DNA from: Octopus bimaculoides
Lineage: Eukaryota
Assembly: GCF_001194135.2 (NCBI RefSeq)
Contig: NC_068991.1
Coordinates: forward strand, 26,392,647-26,426,871
Reading direction: 5' to 3'
Length of the DNA stretch: 34,225 bases
A program made the translations under genes and the position numbers. The first letter of the stretch is position 1; every line of letters starts with the position of its first letter. The notes below the pieces were generated by a model. That model ran no database searches. It had not been told where the DNA came from and saw only the letters and a list, made by a program, of their open reading frames with translations. Shown piece after piece: positions 22,225-34,146 of the stretch.

Positions 22225-22370
22225 TTATGTGTGAGTGTGTTTGTTTACGTGTGTGTGTGGCTTTGTTTTTGCGCTTGTCGCCTGCCAGCTGTCACCGTTC
22301 GACAACAGGTTTTGGTTTGTTTATCTCTCCGTATCTAAACGGCTTGGCATAAAACACTGATTCAACAATG
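22008..22370 (+). mobile_element. SINE family B with expanded internal (TA)n/(TATG)n
   Basis: GGGTTTAGTCCCACTGC, GAGCAAATGTCTTCTACTAT, AACTGAAAGAAGCCCGCCG, microsatellite, then tail. Confidence 0.78.
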
Positions 22371-22742
22371 AATACTCTTTAAATATAAGTTTTGGTGTCA
22401 ATCAAAATTTGTCAAGACTGTGTCACAGCATGATCGCATTCTAATAACTGACACAAGGAGAAAACGGAAGATTAGGAGAGCTGTCAGTTTTCAAAAAGAA
22501 ATAAGGGACTTTTAAAAATTTATACTGTCATTTTTGTGATCTCAGCGGAAGTGTTTTCTCACAAAAGCTCGTGTCCTATAACACCCAATGTGAGCCATGT
22601 TCACCAATGTTATCCATCTATGTTATGCAGCTTCAAAGCATGCATCACTGCATCCATCCTGGAAGCACAATCTCTGGTTGGAGATAAAAAAATGTAGAAA
22701 TTGAAAACCCAATGAATATTTTTTTTTCATTCGGTCCTCTAG

Positions 22743-22825
22743 AAAAGAAAATATTTCACAATCAGAGAGATTCGGCATCCCAGGCTATGGAAGATATACG
22801 ATACATTTTGATTAACCAGCCTTTC
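22743..22825 (+). CDS. Weak candidate internal exon (KKIFHNQRDSASQAMEDIRYILINQPF), product unknown
   Basis: T-rich tract plus TAG acceptor ending at 22742, GTAAGT donor at 22826, one open frame over 83 nt. No homology recognised. Confidence 0.22.
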
Positions 22826-23139
22826 GTAAGTTTGTGAGACATGTACTAAATATTGTTCGTCATGTAGAGATTCTGGACTCAGTTCACGTTCTCACCACTC
22901 ACTATTGGGATAACAGAGAGGTAAAGATCTATCACACATATATCCTGATAGGGGGAAATACGACTACAAGATCTTACGGTGACACTTTTTACCTCAACAT
23001 ATAATCGAAATGCAAGCCTGCACAGTGTCTAGAATATGTTTATAGGGTGAACTTGTTGATTGTTGACGATTCTATGACGCAGAAATAGCAGTTTGAAATT
23101 CTATGACGTAGAAAGAATGATTTAAAATGTTGGTACAAA

Positions 23140-23332
23140 GCCAGCAAGTTCGGTGGGATATGGTAAGTTGAGTACATCGACCACAGTACACAACTGGTAC
23201 TTATTTTATCGACCCCGAAAGAATGAAAGACAAAGTCAACCCCGGTGGCATTTGAACTCACAACTTAAAGTCGGGAGAATTACCACTCAGAATTTTACCT
23301 GATGCAGTTACGACTCTGGAAGACCGCCGCCT
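23140..23332 (-). mobile_element. SINE family A
   Basis: ACTGGTACTTATTTTATCGACCCCGAAAGAATGAAAG is the reverse complement of the conserved CTTTCATxCTTTCGGGGTCGATAAAATAAGTACCAGT motif. Confidence 0.82.
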
Positions 23333-23574
23333 TGTGACGTAGATATAGTGCAACAAACTAGAAGTATTCCACGATGAATTACAAGAAACGTCTTCATCAT
23401 TTCCTAAACAGATTTGTTGACTTGCAAAGACTCAACCCTGTCTAATATTTCTCAAAATAAATTTGTCTTTCGTGAATGATCTGTTAACTATTTGCGTGAT
23501 GTACAAGTAGAACAGGCTTAGTGAACAATCGCACATTTCAGTCTGTAAAAAATTACTAGAAATTATTAGAATAA

Positions 23575-23795
23575 TGATTTCAAATTTTGGCACAAGTCTA
23601 GCAAGTTCAGGGCGGGGTGTAAGCCGGTTACATCAACTGCAGTCGTCAACTGATACTTATTTTATTGACCCCGAAATATGTGAGACAATGTCGGCCGCGG
23701 CGGAATTTTAACTCAGACGTAAAGACGGGTGAGATGAGGCTAAGCATTTTGCCTGATGTCGTAACGGTTCTACCAAGATCGCAGCATTTTCTAAT
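23575..23795 (-). mobile_element. SINE family A
   Basis: TTTTGGCACAAG tail, GATACTTATTTTATTGACCCCGAAA, GGCGGAATTTTAACTC, CTAAGCATTTTGCC. Confidence 0.78.
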
Positions 23796-23817
23796 AATCG
23801 TTTCTACTATAGGCGAA

Positions 23818-24012
23818 AGGCCTGAAATTTTGGTGAGGAGGACCAGTCGACTACATAAACCCCAGTGTTTCACTGGTACTTAATTTGCTGATCTCGATAG
23901 GCTGAAAGGCAAATTTGACTTTGGCGGAATTTAGACTCAGAACGTGAGACAAACGAAATATCATTAAGCATTTCGCTCTGTGTGCTAACGATTCTACCAT
24001 CCCGCCGCCTTG
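23818..24012 (-). mobile_element. SINE family A
   Basis: ACTGGTACTTAATTT, TGAAAGGCAAA, GGCGGAATTTAGACTCAGAACG, TAAGCATTTCGC, GCTAACGATTCT, CCGCCGCCTT. Confidence 0.8.
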
Positions 24013-24357
24013 GAAAATGTTCTAATAATAAAATGAGTTTGAAATGATTGGCACAACTGCACGGCTGATTAACATTTCTTCAAAATATAGAGCTGTAAAA
24101 CATTGTAATGAAGTTTGAGAAGTCGATTTAGCTTGAAATCATTAGATATAAACAACTGACGGAGAAAATTTATTCAGCCTTGACACCATGTCGGCTAGCC
24201 TTTGAAAGTAAAACAGCGGAAATGGAAACTCATAAAATCTTTGCTAGAAATACTCGTAGATTCTATAGTCAGATAATTCTACTGTTGTATGTTATCGATA
24301 CAAAAATATTAAATAAAATTGTGAATTGTGCGGTGATACTGGATTCAATATTTTTTC

Positions 24358-24660
24358 TGGCGGTGAGGTTGCAGAATAGTTAGCACGCTGGGCGAAATGA
24401 CTAGCACCATTGCGGTCATTTATGCGTTCTGAGTTCAAATTCTTTACTATAAGTCTTTACCATAAGGCAGAATTGTTAGCATACAGAGCGAAATGCTTAG
24501 TGGCATTTCGTCCTCTTCATGCTCTGAGTTCAAATTCCATCGAAGTAAAATTTGGCAATAAGGAAGCTTTTCACTCTTTCGACGTCGATAAATAAGTACC
24601 AGTTGAATACCGGGGTCAGTGTAAACTATCCCCGCAAATCACTGGTCTTACGCCAAAATT
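24358..24660 (+). mobile_element. SINE family A with two consecutive heads
   Basis: GCAGAAT.GTTAGCA...GAGTTCAAATTC occurs at about 24370-24442 and again at about 24467-24538, then body GTCGATAAATAAGTACCAG. Confidence 0.8.
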
Positions 24661-24984
24661 TTATTCGTTTTATTTTTGCTTATTTTCCTAAAATTTTGAC
24701 CAATTATTTTCTTAGACAAATATCAATAAAATATTGCAGTTTTTCTTCTTTTAATTTTAGTGTTATTATTGGTCATATAATTTTAGTATACTGACATTCA
24801 AATTCGTTTTACTTTTATTTCTGCTCTTACTTTATTACCGTATTCTATACAATCGACGTAGTAAAATAAAAATTAATCAAATTTCTTTAAAAAATGACAT
24901 TTAATATATATGCTTAGTTTTCCATTATTGAAACTAAAACAAATTACCACTGAAACAAAAATTCTACTGAAATAATACTGATTT

Positions 24985-25195
24985 TTAATTTTGGCACAAG
25001 ACCAACAATATCGGGAGTAGGGGGTTACGTTGATTATATAGACCTCCAATGTTGAACTGATACTTATGACATCGATCCCAATATGAAAGGCAAAGTGGAC
25101 GTCTGAGGAATATCAACCCAGAACGTAAAGACGGACGGAATACCGCTATGCATTTTGCCCGGTGTGGTAAAAAAATTATGCCAGCTCAACTCCTT
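24985..25195 (-). mobile_element. SINE family A
   Basis: TTTTGGCACAAGACC tail, TGAAAGGCAAAGT, CAGAACGTAAAGACGGACG, GCATTTTGCCCGG, TGCCAGCTC. Confidence 0.78.
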
Positions 25196-25429
25196 CTATA
25201 CAGAAATAATATTAATACATTAATATATATATAAGCGTTTATTCATAGTTATATAACTAAAACAAAGTGTGTAAGTAACAATGGAAAGGTATGTATGAAG
25301 TTCGTACGTGTCTTACATCTGTGGTTCATCTGATGTATTAGGCGTATACTTTAACAAAATATGCACACGACTGCTCAGTCACAATACTTGAATCTAAATT
25401 CACTACTTCCATTATCTGATTTCTCCCCT

Positions 25430-25529
25430 CCTATGCACACAAATACACACACACACACACATACACACACACACACACAGACAAACCCATAAACTCACAC
25501 ACACACGCAGACACACAAACTCGTAAACG

Positions 25530-25572
<43 letters not shown>

Positions 25573-25610
25573 CCATAAACTCACACGCACATACATATAT
25601 TCGCTCAAAC
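25430..25610. repeat. (CA)n compound microsatellite containing a duplicated CAAACCCATAAACTCACAC
   Basis: Direct inspection. Confidence 0.92.
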
Positions 25611-26419
25611 ATTCATATGTATATATGAGCGCCTGTGTGTATGTAGATAAGATTACTTAATGGTCGGAATACAAGAAATCACATGTTAAAAATAACTCAC
25701 TCCTAAGTACACAGTATGCAAGTTTTATTCCATCTTCTTTTCTTAAAAACATTGGTTTTTCAGCTGTTGAATCTGTTTTTGTCTGCCCATTACTTGACTT
25801 AATGTAGTGAATCCTTTTTTCTCTTTCATTTAATGATGGAATCTCAACATTCATTATATCCTCTAACTGCCTGAATGTTACATTCATTTTTCCACAGTAA
25901 AATGATGGTGCTTTGTAGTTTTAGTTATGCGGAAGGCCTCTGCTTTTATTTTCATCAAAAGTGGGAAAATGTCCAAGAAATTACATCAATATAAATCAGG
26001 CTGAAGCTACCTTCCGTTGACCAACGCTATTGTGAAATAAACAGCACTAATAAGTATAAGGAAAAGAGTTCTATAGGTAAACGTAGAAACTAGCCTTACA
26101 TATAGTTCTGTGGCATGGAACATCAACAAATAAGGGCCAACCTTTATCACAGATAGTTCTTAAAAGGATTGCTAGTGCTAACATATACATATAAGCTGAA
26201 ACGTGTTACTGAGAAAATATTCAGAAACAAGTTTAGAACAACACTCCAACTTCATGTTCTATGTCTAAAGATTTTATCGATCATGCATCTTCATGTCTTT
26301 CTGTCTCAGACGTGTATTATTTGTCTGATATTTCTAAAGCTAGTTTCAAAGACCATCCCCTAATTTCTTGCTTTGCCCTCTCACTTTCCTTGCTGTGACT
26401 AAATGCCTAATGTCATTTC

Positions 26420-26730
26420 TTATTATACGGTGTGCAATTAACTGTGTTTATTGTCAAGTCGTATCATGCTTGTTTCTTGTTTAAGGAGTTCCTTCATTGT
26501 TCTGTCTGTCTAGGATATCTTTAGCATTCTTCTTTGGAACCACATCTGTATAGTATTGATAAAGCTGTGCACTTGTGTGTGAATGTTCCAGGTCACACAG
26601 TCATAAATAATGACAACTTTGTTATGTTTAAGAACATGGTGCAATAGTCTAGGTGCGCTGGATACCGTTCTTATCAACTGTGATGTTTGGTTGGACAGTT
26701 ATATTCGCTAAATATGTAATCCAAAATCCT
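26420..26730 (-). mobile_element. RTE-clade LINE fragment (post-RT region)
   Basis: Minus strand VIIYDCVTWNI...IQMWFQRRMLKIS*TDR matches the RTE pattern VLLYGCETWT...EMWCYRRMLRISWTDR. Confidence 0.62.
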
Positions 26731-28504
26731 TCCCGATCATAATTTAATTTATTAATCTATTTAAAACGCCTTGCAGGAAATGTTGCCCTAGATATGAATC
26801 TTTGTATATATCAAGCTTCTTTGATAATCTTTCAGGTATACGTACACGTGAATACTCCTGTGGAATAATTATGAAATCTCTGTTAAATGTGATGACATTA
26901 TAATATTGATAGGTAATTAGTTGTTGCTTTGAGGTGATAGAGTCAACCTCCAAGTGAATTATTCGGAATTATTCACAGCAATACTAAACTCATTCATGCC
27001 GATCATTCGTTTAAACTGACACTTAATTTATAAGGGCATAAAACAAATATTTGACACAAATTGTGATTTGTGCATCATCTGTATTAAAGAATGAAACATG
27101 TTCTTAACTCGTATGCAGTCTGTATCAAACGGATTTCTATGATTTTCTTTTTCAGTAGTTATTTAGGTCAAAATAATAGTATCTGTAACTTTTCAGGCAA
27201 TCTCATTGACTAGAACAATTTCGGCAGGAATGGGTTAATATAATGTGCAGTATAATATTAAAAGTATTTTGTTAACTTTATATCGATTTTCGAAAGTATT
27301 GTATATATTCTATTCAATTATGTGTAGATCTCCAACTATGAGGAAACTGTCCACTGAAATGTATTCCGATATTCCGTAACCTTAGTGTTCTTAATACTAT
27401 TCAATGCATAAACCCTATTAGGAAATTAACCAGTTTAATATGTTATAAATCATATGCGATCATGTCTGTACTCAAAGGAAAACCGTATTTGTAAATTAAA
27501 TTCAAATGTTTAGAATCGAGCATAAAATGAACATTTTATACGAAAAGTACACTAAATAAAAGTACGTTCATTCTAATATACTTCTGATATTAATTAACTG
27601 ACATATTCATCTTTAAATCAAGGCAATATCGGAGCATATTAAACTTAAACTGTGCGACTACAAAGCCAAATACCACGAAGTGTCAGTGAATTTTGAATCC
27701 TACCTACCACTCTTGAATTTGTTGTAAATATTCTAAATGTATGTTATTAATGTCATGTGGTAGAGAGCTTTTAAGACACATCGTTATGAACATCAAATTT
27801 CATTATGGCAATATTCTACAGAGATAAAGTCAGCAGATTTGCAGATACAAACTACCTCACAACTATGCATCTAATCGGAATGAGCTAATTAGTATTTCCG
27901 TTTAATATAATATACTCCATTGATATAAAGTTATTTACATTGTCCATTGGATACAAATACGTGAGAGGTAGAATGAAAATCTGCGAATCTATAATATACA
28001 TTAAGTGCATTTATAAAAGCGGCAAATTTCCACGAGTATATAGGATAAGCATCGAAACATGATGTGTGATATGGTTAAATCTACTTAACGAATGTCTTAA
28101 CTTGAGTAATTCATCTCAGCTTTATGACTGATTGAGATAACTTTAGTGGAACGCTATTAGAAGAATGATGGAATTATGATTAGACTTCTCTGGCTGGTAG
28201 ATTTTCACTTTAGAATTAAGTTGAATTTCAATGGCCCTACTAAGGTGTTCGCTAAAACCATAAAAAAATATCGGAAATTGTTCAGAGATGTTAATGTTAT
28301 CCGTAGAGATATAGGATTTTAATTAATCGTTTAGTGTCACAATTCATTGATTATTTGGAATAACCGCTTTATTTAATGTTCTCTCCAATATTTAGTTGGA
28401 TCGAGGTCTTCAGATTTTGTCCGTTACGGTTAAGTTTGAAAAACGAATCATTATATGAGGTGCAGCGTAAAGAAAATGTGTATCAAGAAGTATGCATATA
28501 ACGA

Positions 28505-28705
28505 AGGGGGTGAGTTGACAGAATCATTAGTACGCAGGGCAAAATGCATAGCAGCATTTTATCAATCGTTACATTCTCAGTACAAATTCTGATGAGGTCG
28601 ACATTGACTTTCATTCTTTCGAGGTAGCAGATGATCACTGGCGTCCATGTCACCAACTTACTCTCCCCTCTAACCTTGCTGGCTTTGTGAACAATTTGAG
28701 AACAA
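28505..28705 (+). mobile_element. SINE family A (degenerate)
   Basis: GGTGAGTTGACAGAATCATTAGTACG head; GAGGTCGACATTGACTTTCATTCTTTCGAGG. Confidence 0.72.
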
Positions 28706-28782
28706 TAGTTAGGTACATTACGACTGTGCATAAATTTCATTGATATCGTATTTTCCCGAAGGTAGAACATGCATATACAAAC

Positions 28783-28918
28783 AGACTTTGCCTTTCATCC
28801 TTTCGGGGTCGATAAATTAAGTACCAGTTACACACTGGGGTGGATGTGATCGACTTAATCCCTTTGTATGTACTTGTTTGTCCCCTCTATGTTTAGCCCC
28901 TTGCAGGCAATAATAAAC
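28783..28918 (+). mobile_element. SINE family A, headless, long-tail variant
   Basis: GACTTTGCCTTTCATCCTTTCGGGGTCGATAAATTAAGTACCAG...TTTGTCCCCTCTATGTTTAGCCCC. Confidence 0.88.
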
Positions 28919-28920
28919 AT

Positions 28921-29110
28921 CAGCACGCCGGGATAAATGCTAAGCGCCATTTTGTCTGTCTTTATGTTCTGAGTTAAAATTCCGCTGAGGTCGACTTTAC
29001 CTTTCATCCTTTCGGGGTCGATATATTACGTACCAGTTGCGTACTTGAGTCGATCTAATCGATTTCACCCCCCCTTCCCCAAAATTTCGGGCCTTGTGCC
29101 TAGAGTACAA
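28921..29110 (+). mobile_element. SINE family A, short-tail variant
   Basis: AGCACGCCGGG.AAATGCTAAGCG...GAGGTCGACTTTACCTTTCATCCTTTCGGGGTCGAT...CAAAATTTCGGGCCTTGTGCCT. Confidence 0.88.
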
Positions 29111-29324
29111 AAGAAAAGATACCTATTTGTTCGGTATTTATATTCTCTATTTTCAATGATTTATCTGTGTTTTATCCTCGACTGGTTCTTTCGAAAAAGT
29201 TTTAAAAATTCATAGCAAAATTCCTCAGGAGAACTGAAATTGTAAACTGCCACTCACACTTAGTACAGGGCATTAGCAAAACATAACCATGTTCTGTTGA
29301 TTTATCTATTTTCACTGAGCCAGT

Positions 29325-29480
29325 ATGTATACATGTACGTAGGTAGGCAGGTGTATGTGCGTGTGTGAGTGCGTGTGTGCTTAAGTGTATGTATGCATGT
29401 ATGTATATATATAAATATATATATCTGTGTATAAATCGATGTATGAATGAGTGTGCATGAGAGTATCTGTGTCTGTGTTC
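29325..29480. repeat. Degenerate (TG)n / (TATG)n / (TA)n block
   Basis: Direct inspection. Confidence 0.85.
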
Positions 29481-30795
29481 CTCTGAGAGAGTGTTAATGT
29501 GTGACATACTGTTAGTTGGAGATTTGTATCGGCTTCTGAGAATGAGATATAAGTGACAGTCCCAATAAATTACAATACACCATTTTCGTTGTTTTCTAAT
29601 GCGCACACCCCTGTATACACATAAACACGTGTGCACATGCATGTGAGCTTGGTTCTGTATATCTGTATACAGATGTAAGGAAGAAAAATTCTTATACAGA
29701 TAATTTCTGTGTAATGACTAACACACATACATACACGCCCATGCCTACACAAACTCATAGATGTCTGTATATTTGAAAATGTTTGTGTTTGAGTGAATAT
29801 TGTTTACACACATGTACACACACACACAAACACACACACACACGCGCACACCCGCACATATATATGTATATGCTGAAGTATTTGTCCAGAAAATCCTTCT
29901 TCAATCGTATACGTCAATACTCTATATAAGTATACTTCGATTAAAATGCAAATATATAATGAATAACTTAAGAAATAAACAGTAAATAAATATATCTATA
30001 TGTTCTGTTTATTGAAAATGTCATGAAGTATTAATCTTCCATTTGTGTATTATGTTCGAAAACACGTCCTTTGACACCGGTCGAAGATTTTTATTAGTGT
30101 CGTAGTTAATGTTTTTTTGGTGGGTGAGAAATACCATCTAATATCTATTCTGAAGTTTAGTTCTATACACAAAAGAATGCGTATGTCCGTTCGCTCCTCT
30201 ATTTTTTTTTTTATCTGATTTCTATGTCCGTGGACTGTGCACCACTTTGAAATATACAACCATAAAACTATCATTTACCAATAATCTAGGCACAGTTGTC
30301 TATAAATTGCACGTATATATATATAAATATAAAAATGGAGCAAAAACGCAATAGAAGCCAAATAAAAAAAACATTCAGACAGATAAACGATACAAAAGAG
30401 AAACAACAATTAGGACAGGCAAAAAAAGATGGGCCATTCGTGGTCTTCTTTCCTCAGTGAAGTATACCAGAAGTCCTTACTGTTTCGGGCAATTGTATGT
30501 ATGCGTGTGTGCGTGTGTGTGCGTGAGTGTGTGTAAAAGTGTATACGCCGGACTCTCCCGTTCTTAGACGATGTATTCGGGTTCGACAATTTCGGCTGTA
30601 CAGAAGTGTATTTTACCTCTCGCGATTTCTGCTATTTTCGTATCTAAATTGTGTTACATTATTGCGAATTGTATGTGCTATCGATTCTAAACCTGCTTAG
30701 CAAGGGAAGTATCGAATCTACAAATTCCTATTTTAAGGGCGAATTGAATTTTTTTGGCAACTTCTTGTGTAATTTATTTACACTTTTCGGAAATT

Positions 30796-31900
30796 ATGGC
30801 TTCTAGCCAAAACATTGATAGCGCCCCCAATACTAACAGACTCAACGAGATGTACCAAATCATGTTCCCAGCACTTCCCTGTTGGGAACGGGAGGAAGTG
30901 AACAAAGTAAATACCCAGAATTATACGACAAATTCTACAAAGGACACCCCAATTTGCAACAATGGAAAGTAATTATCCAACAAAGAAAATGAATTAATCA
31001 AACCAAACCGACACTGTTTCGCGTCGGTTGCAACTATCAACCAAGAAAACATAAAGGTTAACCAGTCAGACCTAGAAAACAATAAAGTTTAGAAAAGCGT
31101 GAAAGGAACGACATAAACGTAACCCCGCCCGGTGATATTATTTAATAAACAGAAATAAATAGAAATAAAAGAAAGGCAATAATATTTAAACACTTTCACT
31201 AAAAACCAAAAAAGTCGAACATATGCCAATGACAAAGACAACAATAGAAATGTGACTGCAGCCCATATGAAGCGATACCAAATACGTAGCAAGAGGAAAA
31301 CGATACGGTACAGTTGAGGTGGGGTTCGCTTCCGAAGACGAAGCAAAGGAACACTCCACAGCGCCTTTAAAATCTAACGAACTAGTGCTAATGCCCACTT
31401 ATATGGGTAAACGTACGTCCAAAATAAAAATTTGGGATGTTCCATCAAAAATTGACGTAGTGAGGCTCGTGGCCGCTGTTATGCTCGATTTGGAAAGAAG
31501 CATTTCCACCCTGCAGGTCAGGAAACTGCACTAACAAAACTGACGGGGCCAAGGCCACGAAATCATCATAAGGGTCACACAACAAGATTTCTCGATGATA
31601 CCGATTTAATAAATTTACCCGATGGCACAGCCCTGTGAGTCATTGTAGAGAGTCGCAGGCCTAGATGCTACAAATGTAGTCAAACGAGTCACATTAGAAG
31701 CTCTTGCCTATGGGATACCTCCTATGGGCACCCTCCACCAGACGTGTCTCCAAAACACCTGGACAATGCAACCAACACTTTTGAACGCCCCCGCTCACAT
31801 AAACAAATTCCTGAACAAATCAAAGTAATAATACTTGACTGTCATTCATATGCGGAACTAAAGGAACGATATCTCAATCATAGTGGAACATTAGAGCTAA
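30796..31900 (+). pseudogene. ORF1 (gag-like, CCHC knuckle) of an L1/Tx1-type LINE, decayed
   Basis: ATG at 30796 (putative); KYVARGKRYGTVEVGF...LMPTYMGKRTSKIKI; LPDGTAL*VIVESRRPR-CYKCSQTSHIRSSC (C-x2-C-x4-H-x4-C at 31666-31707). End coordinate approximate. Confidence 0.72.
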
Positions 31901-32093
31901 ACGTCACAAAACACATTTACGGAACGTAATCGACGATGCCCCACAAGCCACGACGGGAGGATAAATCTACACCCGAGCCCTTATCTCCAAACCTCAATCA
32001 AGAACGCCACACAGGACACACCAAGAGGGGAGGATAAATCCACATCCCTCCCCATCTCCAAGTAAGTAATCAATTTCTCTCATTATATTTTCA

Positions 32094-32832
32094 TTCAAGC
32101 TTGGCAGTGTGAATGTGCGTGGCCTGGGATCGTATTAGAAGCAAGCATGCTTGCTAAACGATCTCAGGTCATGGGCTATGGATGTCGCAGTCACCAGCGA
32201 AACCAAGCTGACCAGGTCACAAGGTCTTTCGCCCCTCTTCGATGGTTGTGAGATCTACATATCTTCAAGCTAATCTAGAGGAGGCGTGGGAATAGTGGTT
32301 TTATTCCGGAAAGGCCTGGATTTAGAAATCGAGAGAATCTTTGTGACCTGGAGGGCAAGCTGGTCGTCCTTCACGCGACGCATTACAGTGGCAGCGCCTT
32401 CAGACTGGTTGTGTCCTATGTCCCTAACGACACCATGCAATCCATCTACTTCAGATGCCTAGAGGCTTTCCTTGGCACGTGACCCTCGTGAGTGTTAGTA
32501 GGTGACTTTATCACAATCCTAGATGCACGTGTGGATTGTGTTGGCTCCACTCCAACGAGAAAAGCGAATTTGCCTCACTAACCTGCTCAGTCACTTTCAA
32601 CTGGCTGACTGGTTTAGAATAGATCACCCGGATTCTTCTGTGCAGACATAGACCAACAGCACTAGGTTTTCCAGATCCTGTTTAGATGCAGTATTCATTA
32701 GATTAAGTGAGATATATAGCGTTAATTGTCCACAATTTCCGATCGCCAGCTATACAGAGCACAAGATTGTGATCTATGATATTGACTTAGACAAATGTTG
32801 TAGACAAGACCCCGATTACTGAAAGCCTACAG
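32094..32832 (+). pseudogene. ORF2 apurinic-like endonuclease (APE) domain of the same L1/Tx1-type LINE
   Basis: FKLGSVNVRGL, DVAVTSETKL, VLFRK, FRLVVSYVPN, LVGDF, LADWFRIDHP, SCLDAVFI, SYTEHKIV, DY*K (cf. GYWK). Stops and frameshifts; cut by (TA)n and the gap. Confidence 0.88.
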
Positions 32833-32868
<36 letters not shown>

Positions 32869-32871
32869 TGT

Positions 32872-33521
32872 NNNNNNNNNNNNNNNNNNNNNNNNNNNNN
32901 NNNNNNNNNNNNNNNNNNNNNNNNNNNNNNNNNNNNNNNNNNNNNNNNNNNNNNNNNNNNNNNNNNNNNNNNNNNNNNNNNNNNNNNNNNNNNNNNNNNN
33001 NNNNNNNNNNNNNNNNNNNNNNNNNNNNNNNNNNNNNNNNNNNNNNNNNNNNNNNNNNNNNNNNNNNNNNNNNNNNNNNNNNNNNNNNNNNNNNNNNNNN
33101 NNNNNNNNNNNNNNNNNNNNNNNNNNNNNNNNNNNNNNNNNNNNNNNNNNNNNNNNNNNNNNNNNNNNNNNNNNNNNNNNNNNNNNNNNNNNNNNNNNNN
33201 NNNNNNNNNNNNNNNNNNNNNNNNNNNNNNNNNNNNNNNNNNNNNNNNNNNNNNNNNNNNNNNNNNNNNNNNNNNNNNNNNNNNNNNNNNNNNNNNNNNN
33301 NNNNNNNNNNNNNNNNNNNNNNNNNNNNNNNNNNNNNNNNNNNNNNNNNNNNNNNNNNNNNNNNNNNNNNNNNNNNNNNNNNNNNNNNNNNNNNNNNNNN
33401 NNNNNNNNNNNNNNNNNNNNNNNNNNNNNNNNNNNNNNNNNNNNNNNNNNNNNNNNNNNNNNNNNNNNNNNNNNNNNNNNNNNNNNNNNNNNNNNNNNNN
33501 NNNNNNNNNNNNNNNNNNNNN
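32872..33521. other. Assembly gap (N run)
   Basis: 650 N, preceded by (TA)n at 32833-32871. Confidence 1.
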
Positions 33522-33804
33522 TTCAGCTCACTTTTGTATGGACAGCTGAAAGTTTTCAATAACAGGATTTATAAATCTATTTGTTTTGGTAATAAACACA
33601 AAATTCTATAAGTTTTCTTTTTTTAATTTGCTCAATTTCATTGAAATAGATTGTTAATTCTGAAATGCCCTGTATGTTGTAGCGTTGTTAGTTGTTGCGT
33701 TGTAAATATTAAAATCAAAGTTCTTCTCGCCGTAAAAATCCCATCCTTTTGTTAACCATATCGTATCAAGGTGTGTATTAACCAAAATGTATCTCTCATT
33801 TATA

Positions 33805-33925
33805 GGTGTGACTGTGTGGTTGAGAAGCTTGTTTCCAGCCATGTCACACTCGGTTCAGTCCCACCGTATGGCACGTTGGGCAATTCTCTTTCACTACAGC
33901 TCCGTGTCGACTAACGCATTGTGTA
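33805..33925 (+). mobile_element. SINE family B head (degenerate, truncated)
   Basis: GGTGTGACTGTGTGGTTGAGAAGCTTG...GGTTCAGTCCCACCG.ATGGCACGTTGGGCAA. Confidence 0.72.
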
Positions 33926-34091
33926 TTATATAATTGCCATTACTGTATTGATATATAAACTAACACAAATGACTCATATAATTGTCATATAATAAACAAA
34001 CAGAAACTTGTGTATGAAATTGAACTTTTCCTACTTAAATTATTACATGCTTTTTCTTATAAAATACACACATACAGGCGGAATAAATCTA

Positions 34092-34092
34092 A

Positions 34093-34134
<42 letters not shown>

Positions 34135-34146
34135 AACTATCTATCC

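Noticed and set aside
24358-24540. tRNA genes at SINE heads (also 18606-18675, 33805-33870)
   Set aside because: A/B-box-like motifs continue into SINE bodies and no cloverleaf can be drawn.
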